From the NCBI GenBank assembly GCA_964583485.1, contig CAZOVC010000002.1, positions 2,959 to 66,958 of the forward strand: a DNA stretch of 64,000 nt. Direction: 5' to 3'. Made by a program: the position numbers and the translations under genes. The DNA comes from an uncultured Candidatus Saccharibacteria bacterium. GTDB taxonomy: Bacteria; Patescibacteriota; Minisyncoccia; Minisyncoccales; GWA2-38-27. Below the pieces are notes generated by a model. That model saw only the letters and a program-made list of their open reading frames with translations. It was not told the DNA's origin and searched no databases. Shown here piece after piece: positions 35,445 through 44,081 of the stretch; positions within the stretch are counted from its first letter, which is position 1, and each line of letters opens with the position of its first letter.

Positions 35445-36149
35445 TTAGTGGGTATGTTCGTAAAATTTAATTTCTGTTCCATATAGTTTCTCTAAATTTT
35501 CTGGAGTTAAAATTTCCTTAGGAAGCCCGGAACAAATTGCTTTTTTATTTAGACACAAAACATTAGTAGAATACTTATAAACAATATTTAAATCATGAGT
35601 AATTAGCAAGATGGTCAAATTTCTCTCTTCCCAAAATTTATGCAAAAGAGAATAAATAGTTTCTTCTCCTCCGATATCAATTCCGGCGGTTGGCTCATCA
35701 AAAAATAAAACTTGAGGATTCCCTATTAAACTCCAGCCAATCAACATTCGCTGGAATTGACCAGAAGATAAATTTCCCGGGTCTTTCTCCAAAATTTTTG
35801 GATTTTCTAATCCTACCAATTTTAACATTCTAAGAATTTTTTCATCGGAACTTTCTTTAAATTTAAAAAACTCCTTTACTGAAATTGGTATTTCTTTAAA
35901 TTTTGAACGAGACAAGCGTTCAGGCAGATAACCAATCTTTAGACTTTCTGGTGATGTCCAAGAAATTTCACCCTGATAAGATATTAACCCTAGTAAAGCT
36001 CTAAAAAGAGTAGTTTTGCCAGCTCCATTTGGCCCTAAAATAGTAAAAATTTCTCTTTCTTTAACTTTAAAAGACAAATTCTCAATGATTTTCTCGTCAT
36101 CTAATTCCACATTCAAATTTTTTACTTTTAAAATTGAATTTTCTGGCAT
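35445..36149 (-). CDS. Metal ABC transporter ATP-binding protein (ZnuC-like)
   Basis: GPNGAGKTT Walker A and an LSSGQ signature. Confidence 0.75.
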   Translation of the reverse strand: MPENSILKVKNLNVELDDEKIIENLSFKVKEREIFTILGPNGAGKTTLFRALLGLISYQGEISWTSPESLKIGYLPERLSRSKFKEIPISVKEFFKFKESSDEKILRMLKLVGLENPKILEKDPGNLSSGQFQRMLIGWSLIGNPQVLFFDEPTAGIDIGGEETIYSLLHKFWEERNLTILLITHDLNIVYKYSTNVLCLNKKAICSGLPKEILTPENLEKLYGTEIKFYEHTH

Positions 36150-36155
36150 AATTAC

Positions 36156-36791
36156 TTAAATTTTTTCTAAAATTTTAAAATCTTTTTTTAAGATTTCTTT
36201 CATATTTGAATTATAGGTTGCCACGGCCGGGTGATAAAAAGAAATAATTTTTACTTCTTTAATCTCTCTTCTTTTTTGTTCAAAAAGGGAACTCTGAACA
36301 TCTTCTGCAGTAACTTGAGGTTCAAATACTTTTCCGTGAATTTTACTAATTCCTTGAATTTGGTCTTTTAATCCAAACTTTTCCATTAAAAATTCCATTG
36401 CAAATCTCCCCAAAGGACAAATAATCTCTGGGTTAATAATTTCAATCTGTTTTTCCAAATAAGGAACGCAAGCTTCGATTTCCTCTTTTTGAGGATCGCG
36501 ATTACTTGGAGGTCTACATTTTAAAATATTGGCAATATAAACATCTTCTCTTTTTATACTAACAGATTCTAAAAGATCATCCAAAATTTTTCCTGCTGCA
36601 CCGCAAAAAGGATGACCGGTTTTATCTTCTTGAACTCCAGGCGATTCCCCAACAAACATTATTTTTGCCTGATGGCTCCCCTCTCCAATTACAGGATAAG
36701 TCCTTGTTTTATATAAAAAACATTTTCTACAACTTATAACCTCCTCTTTAATTTTTCTAAATTCTTGCCCTATATCCATAATTATGTTCAA
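36156..36791 (-). CDS. Family 4 uracil-DNA glycosylase (Fe-S)
   Basis: GEGSHQAKIMFVGESPG...HPFCGAAG motifs and an N-terminal Cys cluster. Confidence 0.7.
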   Translation of the reverse strand: MNIIMDIGQEFRKIKEEVISCRKCFLYKTRTYPVIGEGSHQAKIMFVGESPGVQEDKTGHPFCGAAGKILDDLLESVSIKREDVYIANILKCRPPSNRDPQKEEIEACVPYLEKQIEIINPEIICPLGRFAMEFLMEKFGLKDQIQGISKIHGKVFEPQVTAEDVQSSLFEQKRREIKEVKIISFYHPAVATYNSNMKEILKKDFKILEKI

Positions 36792-36819
36792 GGAGACCCG
36801 CTCTCCTTATTCTAAATTG

Positions 36820-36999
36820 CTAGAGATGACAGGTAGGACAGATATTGTCGGGCTTGGAATTTTTACCAATATTAGGGGCAGAAATTAATTTCTCCACCAT
36901 CTCGCTTTGGCATTTTGGGCATTTTATTTTCTCTTTTCCAAAAATTAATTTTTCAAACTTGTGGCCGCATTTTTGGCACTTGTATTCATAAGTAGGCAT
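36820..36999 (-). CDS. FmdB-family zinc-ribbon protein (unlisted 59-aa ORF)
   Basis: Hand translation gives MPTYEYKCQKCGHKFEKLIF...CPKCQSEM...CPTCHL, a classic FmdB N-terminus. Confidence 0.5.
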   Translation of the reverse strand: MPTYEYKCQKCGHKFEKLIFGKEKIKCPKCQSEMVEKLISAPNIGKNSKPDNICPTCHL

Positions 37000-37025
37000 A
37001 AATTTAAAGAAGTGAATTAAGTTTA

Positions 37026-37313
37026 TTAATTTCTTCCGCCGCGACCGCGACCTCTTCCTCTACCTGCGCCCATTCCTCTTCCTTCAAATCGCGAGGATCG
37101 ATAAGGAGATGGAGTTTCTGTTTCAGTTTTTCCTTCTTTGTCTATTTTTTCTATTGCTCCAATTGGGCAAACACCTTTTCCTCCGCACTGTTCAAGTTTT
37201 TCTTGATTAACAATTTCTGCCTTCCCATCAGCTCCTATTTTGGTTGCTCCGGGACAATTTACAATACAAATCTGGCAACTGGTACATTTTGATTTATTTA
37301 TTCTATATGACAT
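37026..37313 (-). CDS. 4Fe-4S ferredoxin-like protein with a Gly/Arg-rich C-terminal tail
   Basis: CTSCQICIVNCP ... CGGKGVCPIGAI followed by GRGMGAGRGRGRGRGGRN. Confidence 0.5.
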   Translation of the reverse strand: MSYRINKSKCTSCQICIVNCPGATKIGADGKAEIVNQEKLEQCGGKGVCPIGAIEKIDKEGKTETETPSPYRSSRFEGRGMGAGRGRGRGRGGRN

Positions 37314-37370
37314 AAATTTTAATTTGGACTATATTGTGTTATCCGATTTTTTCAAAAATCAAATCGACTT

Positions 37371-38639
37371 TTATTTAATGTTATTTGCTATTCTTGTTAA
37401 GGCTAAAGAAAAGGCTGCCTCTCCTGAAGAAATACCCTTCTCTTTTTTAAATTCCCAAACCCTATCAAAGGCTTGACCTATTTTCTTTGAAACTTCTCTT
37501 AATACTTCCTTTTTGTTCTTTAACTGCCTTTCCTTGCCTTGAACCCACTCAAGGTAAGAAGCAATAACTCCACCAGCATTAACTAAAATGTCAGGAACAA
37601 TAATTTTATTATTTTTCATTAGAATCGCTTCTCCTTTTTCAGTAAGGGGTCCGTTAGCTATAGAAAGTATGTATTTTGCTTTAATATTAGGAGCGTTTTC
37701 TTTGGTAATTACACTTTCAACCGCTGCCGGAACTAAAACATCAACATCCAGCTCAAGAAGTTCTTTATTAGAAATCTCTTTTCCTTCTTGAAAATCACAA
37801 ACTGAACCTCGGCAGTAACATCCAGCTATTTTATTGTTTATTTCTCTACACTCTGAAACCTTTTCTGGGTCAAGACCTTGTTTTAAATATATCCCTCCAT
37901 TTTTCTCTGAAAGAGCTACAATTTTATAGCCCTTTTCAAAAGCATATTTAGCAAAATGCTCACCGACATTGCCAAATCCCTGGATAGCAAGAGTAGTTTT
38001 TTTGGGGGAAAAATTATAAATTTCTTTCAATTTTTCTAAAACAACAAAAGCCCCATATCCCGTAGCTTCTTTTCTTCCTTTAAGACCCCGCAACTCAATC
38101 GGTTTTCCAGTAAAAGATTCTGGGGTGAATTTTCCCGCTAATTTAGAATATTCATCCACCATCCAAGCCATAATCTGAGGATTAGTATTAACGTCAGGAG
38201 CAGGGATATCAGTATCCGGTCCAATAAACGGAAAAACTTCTCTTACATACTGACGGGAAACTTCCTCTAATTCTCTCCGGCTCAAATTAAACGGGTTAAC
38301 TGTCACTCCTCCTTTTGCTCCTCCGAAAGGCAGCCCAACCAGAGAAGTCTTCAAAGACATTAGTATAGATAAAGCCACTACTTCTTTTTCAGAAACTCTT
38401 GGATGAAAACGAATGCCTCCTTTATAAGGCCCTAAAGTATTGTTATGTTGAGAACGATACCCTAAAAAAATCTCCTTCTTGCCATTGTCTTTAATAACAG
38501 GCACCTGAAACTTGACCACTCTTCGCGGGATTCTTATTTGCTTGGCAATTTGGCTGGAAAGTTCATTAAACTCAATTGTTCTTTCTATCTTTTTTTGAAT
38601 AGAATCTAAAAAAATTTCCTTTGGCATATTATGTTTCAT
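37371..38639 (-). CDS. gdhA: Glutamate dehydrogenase (Glu/Leu/Phe/Val dehydrogenase family)
   Basis: LGPYKGGIRFHP and GLPFGGAKGG motifs. Start trimmed to the Met that overlaps the ferredoxin stop codon. Confidence 0.8.
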   Translation of the reverse strand: MKHNMPKEIFLDSIQKKIERTIEFNELSSQIAKQIRIPRRVVKFQVPVIKDNGKKEIFLGYRSQHNNTLGPYKGGIRFHPRVSEKEVVALSILMSLKTSLVGLPFGGAKGGVTVNPFNLSRRELEEVSRQYVREVFPFIGPDTDIPAPDVNTNPQIMAWMVDEYSKLAGKFTPESFTGKPIELRGLKGRKEATGYGAFVVLEKLKEIYNFSPKKTTLAIQGFGNVGEHFAKYAFEKGYKIVALSEKNGGIYLKQGLDPEKVSECREINNKIAGCYCRGSVCDFQEGKEISNKELLELDVDVLVPAAVESVITKENAPNIKAKYILSIANGPLTEKGEAILMKNNKIIVPDILVNAGGVIASYLEWVQGKERQLKNKKEVLREVSKKIGQAFDRVWEFKKEKGISSGEAAFSLALTRIANNIK

Positions 38640-38817
38640 CTTCAATTTTTTGAATAGCGTCAAAAGGGCAAATTTCCTGACACGTTCCACACTTTTGGCA
38701 TTTGCTTTGGTCAATAAAAGCTTTTCCGTCTTCCCCTATTTTAATTGCTCCGTAAGGACAAGCTTGAAGACAAGCTCCACATCCGGCGCATTTTGACTTG
38801 TTAACTTTGAATTTCAT
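38629..38817 (-). CDS. 2x[4Fe-4S] ferredoxin
   Basis: CAGCGACLQACP and CQKCGTCQEICP. 62 aa. Confidence 0.75.
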   Translation of the reverse strand: MKFKVNKSKCAGCGACLQACPYGAIKIGEDGKAFIDQSKCQKCGTCQEICPFDAIQKIEDET

Positions 38818-38831
38818 ATTTTAATAATTTT

Positions 38832-39629
38832 CTAATTTTTTTCTTGTTTAATGAATAGACATTGTTCTTTTTTTGCTTTCCCATCTAAAACTGCTCTGAT
38901 AAACTCATTACAGGATTTAAATCCGCACTTTCCGCAATTCAAATTAGGAACTAAATTTTTCAACTCTTTGCCCTTTAAATATCTTTGTTGAACGGCAGTT
39001 TCATCAATAGTTTTATTTCCATAACAATAACCGCAAATTGCCGAAGGCATAGAATGCTTTAAAGTTAATTTTCCTGTTTTAATTTCCGGAGATGCTTTAA
39101 TAGCTTCAACAATATCAATCACTCCCTCGCCGGTTAACCCATTTACCTCTACTAACTTAGCTTGAGAATTAACACTTAAAATGTTATCTCTAAAAATTTC
39201 TCTCTCGGCTTGTGATATTAAATCTCCCTTGCTGACAGCCACAATATCCGCTTGAGTTAAAATAGGACCATAGCAATCAGGACTTCCAGAAATAACATCT
39301 AAAACGTTAATTCCTAATCCTTCTTTAATATAAGGGGAACAACGAAGACATAGGCCCGCTGTTTCCAAAATAATAATATCTTTATCTCGGTTTTCTTTAA
39401 TAATTTTGGGAATTTCTAAGGCAGTATAATGATCGGGGCAAAGTTCACCGGCTAATTTTTTAACAACCGGAATTTTGTATCTTTCAGAAATAAATTGGTC
39501 ATCTTTGGTATTCAGACAATCAAATTTAGCAAAAAATAATTTAAAGTCAGTTTTTAATTCCTGAATTGCATATTTGATAACACTGGTTTTTCCTGAACCG
39601 GGAGTTCCGGCAAAAATTACAAATTTCAT
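38832..39629 (-). CDS. G3E-family P-loop GTPase-like metallochaperone (HypB/UreG/CobW-like) with a Cys-rich C-terminal extension
   Basis: FAGTPGSGKTS P-loop, ETAGLCLRC, SKGD, and a C-terminal CGYC...CGKCGFKSC region. Confidence 0.45.
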   Translation of the reverse strand: MKFVIFAGTPGSGKTSVIKYAIQELKTDFKLFFAKFDCLNTKDDQFISERYKIPVVKKLAGELCPDHYTALEIPKIIKENRDKDIIILETAGLCLRCSPYIKEGLGINVLDVISGSPDCYGPILTQADIVAVSKGDLISQAEREIFRDNILSVNSQAKLVEVNGLTGEGVIDIVEAIKASPEIKTGKLTLKHSMPSAICGYCYGNKTIDETAVQQRYLKGKELKNLVPNLNCGKCGFKSCNEFIRAVLDGKAKKEQCLFIKQEKN

Positions 39630-39698
39630 ATTATTTCAAGATTATATAATTTTACCTCAGCGAATCAAGGTTCTGCCAAGCGTTAGCAAGGCAGGTTC

Positions 39699-40493
39699 TT
39701 ATTTCACTGGCTCACAAAATATTTCTACTTTTTCAACTTTTTCTCCTCCTCTTATTTTTTCTCTAATTTCTAAGCCATAATTTCCCACCCAATTAAAATA
39801 ATGACCAATACCTTTCTCTTTTAAAGTAGTTTTTAGAATTTTAACAATTCCTCCGTTTTTAACCACGATTCTTTTGTCGGTATTAAAAGCTAAAACAGGA
39901 TCGTGGGTAACAATTAAAACAATTTTCCCTTCCTCTGCTAAAATCTGCATTGCTTTTTCTTTATCAATTCCAGCATTCTCTATCTCATCAATTAAAATAA
40001 TCGGAGAAATACTAACATTAGCGACATCCGAAATCATTAAAGCCCGGCTTTGCCCTCCTGATAAATTCAGGAGATTCATCTCTGGTGAAATTGGTTCGCC
40101 GGTTATCTCGTTCGCTTCTTCAATAACTTCTTTTATTAATTTTGGATTAAATCTTTTCCCCCTGGCTTTCAAATGTAAACTCAAAAAATCTTTGACAGAA
40201 ATGTCTGTTAAAAAGTTCATAGATTGGGCCAAAGAGGCAATCAGTTTTCTTTTTGGGTCAAATCGTAATTTTTTATCCACCCTTTTATCATTTATTAAGA
40301 TCACTCTCTTACTTTTGGTATCGCCTTGAGCCAACCTTTCAATATCATAAAGAAGTTGGCTTTTTCCTGCTCCGGTTTGTCCTACAATAGCTACAATTTC
40401 TCCTTTTTTAATCTCAATTCTTTCAAATTTTTCTTTTTCCTCAAACTTATTTACTCCCGGTAAAATAGTAATTTTTTCGATTTCGGTTTTCAT
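39699..40493 (-). CDS. ABC-type ATPase (no cognate permease adjacent)
   Basis: GQTGAGKS Walker A, LSGGQ signature, ILIDE Walker B. Confidence 0.55.
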   Translation of the reverse strand: MKTEIEKITILPGVNKFEEKEKFERIEIKKGEIVAIVGQTGAGKSQLLYDIERLAQGDTKSKRVILINDKRVDKKLRFDPKRKLIASLAQSMNFLTDISVKDFLSLHLKARGKRFNPKLIKEVIEEANEITGEPISPEMNLLNLSGGQSRALMISDVANVSISPIILIDEIENAGIDKEKAMQILAEEGKIVLIVTHDPVLAFNTDKRIVVKNGGIVKILKTTLKEKGIGHYFNWVGNYGLEIREKIRGGEKVEKVEIFCEPVK

Positions 40494-41323
40494 AAATTAA
40501 AATTTAGTAATTTCCCTTTTGAATAAGCTTTAACAATTTTTTTTGAATAAGGAATTTCTTTTTCTATTTTTATTTTATATTTTCTAAGAATAGAAGAAAT
40601 TTTTCTTTTATCTCCCAGGTCAGCTTGATTTAAAATTACTTTAACTGGCACTCCAAGTTTTTGGCATAAATCCAAAATCAAATTTAAATCATAAACACCC
40701 ATTGGGGTAGGTTCAGTAACAGCATAAGCCAAATCACAATCCAAAAGAGCGGAAATTACCGGACAGTGAGTGCCAGCAGCCGTATCAAGCAAAACGTAAT
40801 CTGCCTTAATTTTTTCAGCAAAGTTCAAAGCAAATTTTTTGGTTTGAGTTACCACAGGACCCGTTTCCTCAAGACCTGGTTTGGCAACGCCAGTTACTAA
40901 CCAGTAATCTTTTTTAATTTTATTTAAAAAGACCTGCCCGACTTCCTCCTTTTTTGGCTGAATGGCTTTATGCGGACAGACTATCCAGCAAGCTCCACAG
41001 CCAGAACATAAATCTTTAATAAATATTGGATATTCCCCTGGAGCTTGAAAAACAGCATTACTTCGGCAGGTAGTAACACATAATCCGCATTTTTTACATT
41101 TTGTTTTATCTAATGTCGGAAATTCAGCGTATATTTTCTTTTCTGACTTTTGAATCTTAACTCCTATTAACAAATAATCATTGGGGCATTCAACGTCGCA
41201 GTCAACTAAAACAACTTTTTTGCCCTTTTTGACAAAATTATTTGCCATCAAAACAGCAACAGTTGACTTGCCAGTTCCTCCTTTTCCTCCCGTGATTGCT
41301 ATGGTTTTAATTCTTTTGGCCAT
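40490..41323 (-). CDS. MinD/Mrp-superfamily P-loop ATPase with an inserted ferredoxin domain, copy 2
   Basis: TGGKGGTGKST, plus CKKCGLCVTTC and CSGCGACWIVCP. Confidence 0.65.
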   Translation of the reverse strand: MAKRIKTIAITGGKGGTGKSTVAVLMANNFVKKGKKVVLVDCDVECPNDYLLIGVKIQKSEKKIYAEFPTLDKTKCKKCGLCVTTCRSNAVFQAPGEYPIFIKDLCSGCGACWIVCPHKAIQPKKEEVGQVFLNKIKKDYWLVTGVAKPGLEETGPVVTQTKKFALNFAEKIKADYVLLDTAAGTHCPVISALLDCDLAYAVTEPTPMGVYDLNLILDLCQKLGVPVKVILNQADLGDKRKISSILRKYKIKIEKEIPYSKKIVKAYSKGKLLNFNL

Positions 41324-42561
41324 TCTTTTATTATTTCTACCTCAATGCCAAAGTTTTCTAAATTTTGTTTAGCATTATCACCAATCTGTTGCGCTAAAAC
41401 TTTGTCCGCCCTCACTGCTTTGGTAAATCTTGCTCCATGAGGAGAACCTTGCTCAAAGTAGGGATTTTTAATCACTTTTTTTAATAAAATATTTCCATCT
41501 TTTTTATCTATAACTAAATACTGACCCGCGCCGAATTGTGAACTTAGTTCTTTATTTTCTAAAGGGATAATAATTCTTTCTCCCATTTTCTTAGGCCCGA
41601 TTTGCTCAAAGCCTTCCAGCGCTCCTATTCTCTTTCCCAGTTTAGGCAAAACAACGCTCCTGGCGAGCTCATAAGCCTCAATAGAAATAACTATTTGCTT
41701 TAATTCTGGAATATTTGTGAGCAATCTTTCCTCTAAAGTACTGATTATTTTTTGAACATCTTCAACTTTTAATTTTGGAGCCAGTTTAATTTTTATTTCA
41801 GCGAAATTAAAAGCTCCAATTTTTCTGGTTTTTAAATTAGAAATTTCTATTTTGTGGGAAGAACAAATCTTTTCAATTCTTCCTTCTACGTCTTTATTAG
41901 CTACATCCAGCAAAGAATCAGTAATCTCTCTTCCCACTCTAAATGCCTCATAGAGAATATAGCCGCCAATAAATAAAGCAATTATGGCATCCGCTGAATT
42001 GAAATATCTAACTAAACTAAGCCCCGCTAAAACACCAATTGAACTAAGAACGTCAGCTCTTGAATGCTCGGCATCAGCAACCAGGGCTAAACTTTGATGC
42101 TTTCTTCCGTAATGAAATTTTAATCTGGCTAAAACTTCTGTAATTAGAATGGAGATAACTACCACTGCTATTGCCCCAACACTAAGTTTGACTATTTTTT
42201 CTTCAAAAAATCCCGTAACTGCTTCATACAAAATCCAAATACCAGATACCGCCAGCAATAGAGCTACCAAAAAACCAGCCAAACTTTCTGCTTTCCAATG
42301 GCCGTAAGGGTGTTTTTCATCAACTGGCTTTCTGGCTATCTTCAATCCCAAAAAAGTAATAAAAGAAGAAAAAACATCCAAACCAGAATGTACTCCATCG
42401 GCAATTAAAGCCACACTGCCAATTAAAAAACCAAAAATTAGCTTAGATATTCCTAAACCTAAATTAACAAAAATGCTGATTATTGAAACAGATTGAGGGT
42501 TCATATTCTTCCTCGACCTCTCCTTCTCTGACCAGGTCCTGCTCCAAAACCAGGCCCGCAA
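41299..42561 (-). CDS. Cation diffusion facilitator (CDF) transporter fused to a C-terminal NifX/NafY-like domain
   Basis: CDF TM core with the HSGLDVFSS motif. The C-terminus (ERIIIPLENKELSSQFGAGQYLVIDK...VLAQQIGDNAKQNLENFGIEVEI) resembles the dinitrogenase FeMo-cofactor-binding fold. Confidence 0.55.
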   Translation of the reverse strand: MRAWFWSRTWSEKERSRKNMNPQSVSIISIFVNLGLGISKLIFGFLIGSVALIADGVHSGLDVFSSFITFLGLKIARKPVDEKHPYGHWKAESLAGFLVALLLAVSGIWILYEAVTGFFEEKIVKLSVGAIAVVVISILITEVLARLKFHYGRKHQSLALVADAEHSRADVLSSIGVLAGLSLVRYFNSADAIIALFIGGYILYEAFRVGREITDSLLDVANKDVEGRIEKICSSHKIEISNLKTRKIGAFNFAEIKIKLAPKLKVEDVQKIISTLEERLLTNIPELKQIVISIEAYELARSVVLPKLGKRIGALEGFEQIGPKKMGERIIIPLENKELSSQFGAGQYLVIDKKDGNILLKKVIKNPYFEQGSPHGARFTKAVRADKVLAQQIGDNAKQNLENFGIEVEIIKEWPKELKP

Positions 42562-42905
42562 GGCGCTGCTCCTTTCGCCTCTTGAAGCTTGCCTCTCTGA
42601 TATTCTTGAAGAACGTCTCGCACACTCATTGCTGGATTACCGAGAAAAATCTTTATTCCAGAAGTGCCTAAAACCATTGAAGCGTTAGGTCCAACATTTC
42701 CAGTAATCACTATCTCAACTTTCTCCTTAGCTACAATTTGGGCAGCCGAAATACCAGCGCCTCTCATCGCCTGCACCCCGGTATTTTTAATTGTTTTAAT
42801 TAGTTTTCCCTTATCACTAACAATCAAAAAATACATCGCTCTGCCAAAACGAGGGTCTAAAGCTGTATCTAAATTATTACCGGTAGCGCTAATACAAATT
42901 TTCAT
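42501..42905 (-). CDS. NifX/NafY-like (dinitrogenase iron-molybdenum cofactor family) protein with a Gly/Arg-rich tail
   Basis: MKICISATGNNLDTALDPRFGRAMYFLIV..., tail GPGFGAGPGQRRRGRGRI. Confidence 0.55.
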   Translation of the reverse strand: MKICISATGNNLDTALDPRFGRAMYFLIVSDKGKLIKTIKNTGVQAMRGAGISAAQIVAKEKVEIVITGNVGPNASMVLGTSGIKIFLGNPAMSVRDVLQEYQRGKLQEAKGAAPCGPGFGAGPGQRRRGRGRI

Positions 42906-42910
42906 AATAT

Positions 42911-42946
42911 TTTATCCCCACTACCAAAATTTGGTGTGGGGATTTA
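42911..42946. repeat. Copy C (degenerate) of the bulged palindromic element, filling the whole intercistronic gap and supplying the TAA stop of the upstream (minus-strand) gene
   Basis: The sequence tttatccccactaccaaaatttggtgtggggattta spans from the NifX-like start codon to the DUF5320-like gene stop. Confidence 0.5.
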
Positions 42947-43168
42947 TCTGGTTCTGGTCATTGCCCCGCCGCATTTAGGGCATTTGTGTTCATAGCAAGG
43001 CACTCCTCTTTGATGAGGCGTTTTTGTCCCACAACTTGGACAAACACATTCACCCCCAGGACCTAAACCGTAACCACCGGACTGACGACCACGACCGCCG
43101 CCCCTGCCTAAACCTTGTCCTGTTCCTGGCCCCTGACCAGCAGGACCTGTACCATTAAAATTTGGCAT
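42944..43168 (-). CDS. DUF5320-like N-terminal motif protein with a C-terminal zinc ribbon
   Basis: [28 protein letters not shown] ... CVCPSCG...CPKCGG. Confidence 0.45.
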   Translation of the reverse strand: MPNFNGTGPAGQGPGTGQGLGRGGGRGRQSGGYGLGPGGECVCPSCGTKTPHQRGVPCYEHKCPKCGGAMTRTR

Positions 43169-43169
43169 A

Positions 43170-43427
43170 TTATTTTTTCTTTTTTAGTTCCTCAAGTCGG
43201 TCCTCAAAAACCTTCATCTGTTCTTTCAACGCATTCATATCTTCTTGAATCATTTCTTTTTCTTCTTTAGCAGTCGGCTGAGCTGCAGGATAATACCCCC
43301 AACGCCTCCAACCCCTTCCTCTGCCAAACCAACCTCGCCCAAAACCAATTCCGCCTCCGCAAGGGCCTAAACCTCTTCCCGTCATTGGACCTTGACTTAA
43401 AGGACCCGTTCCATCTCTAAATGGCAT
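43170..43427 (-). CDS. DUF5320-like protein (Gly/Arg-rich N-terminus plus C-terminal coiled coil)
   Basis: [42 protein letters not shown] ... [24 protein letters not shown]. Confidence 0.5.
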   Translation of the reverse strand: MPFRDGTGPLSQGPMTGRGLGPCGGGIGFGRGWFGRGRGWRRWGYYPAAQPTAKEEKEMIQEDMNALKEQMKVFEDRLEELKKKK

Positions 43428-43515
43428 GATTTTTTTACTCTTAATTTTATTATATACAATAATCGACCTTTATCTCGTAGAAAAACGAAATTTCTCTTTC
43501 GGATTCTCTATTTTG

Positions 43516-43544
43516 ATTATAAACCCATAACCATACGGTGTCAA
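43516..43544 (-). promoter_or_regulatory. Consensus sigma-70 promoter on the minus strand (TTGACA, 17-nt spacer, TATAAT) heading the minus-strand gene run from 43427 down to 33517
   Basis: The minus strand reads TTGACAccgtatggttatgggttTATAAT. Confidence 0.5.
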
Positions 43545-43626
43545 CACTCTATTTATCCCCAACTTACTCCGCGGGATAAGGACTGTTAGAATCTGTTTAT
43601 TAAACCTATAAATAAAGCGCTTCTTG

Positions 43627-44046
43627 TTATTGCTGCGGTGGAGTTATTTCCGGTCTCAATTGAATTGATTGAGCAGCAATACTTCCATCTGAATTAACAG
43701 CGCCGTTTACAGTAATATTTTTGCCAATTTCAAGATCGCTCAAAGCGCCTTCTGCAGATTTTGTAATTTCCATAGAATCAGACAAGAATACGATTTTTGA
43801 TCCCCCGTCCTGAATCTTAAGCGTAATGCTTTTGTCGTCTTGGGAAATAATTTCTCCAACAATTAATCCGCCTCGAAAGCCACCGCCACCATTTACGCCA
43901 GGCTCTCTTAATCTTTGCGAATCTTGAAAATCCGCTTGAAGGAAACGACCTTGAGGGCTTTTACTATCAGCATATTTCATCCCACCATAAAATGAACCAC
44001 CTCCAACTACTACTAACGAAATTATAATAATAATTATTTTTTTCAT
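43627..44046 (-). CDS. Secreted hypothetical protein (signal/TM helix plus Gly-rich segment)
   Basis: 139-aa ORF. Related in layout to 47851..48288. Confidence 0.4.
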   Translation of the reverse strand: MKKIIIIIISLVVVGGGSFYGGMKYADSKSPQGRFLQADFQDSQRLREPGVNGGGGFRGGLIVGEIISQDDKSITLKIQDGGSKIVFLSDSMEITKSAEGALSDLEIGKNITVNGAVNSDGSIAAQSIQLRPEITPPQQ

Positions 44047-44081
44047 ATAATTTTTTAGTTATGATTAATTAATTGATTTAT

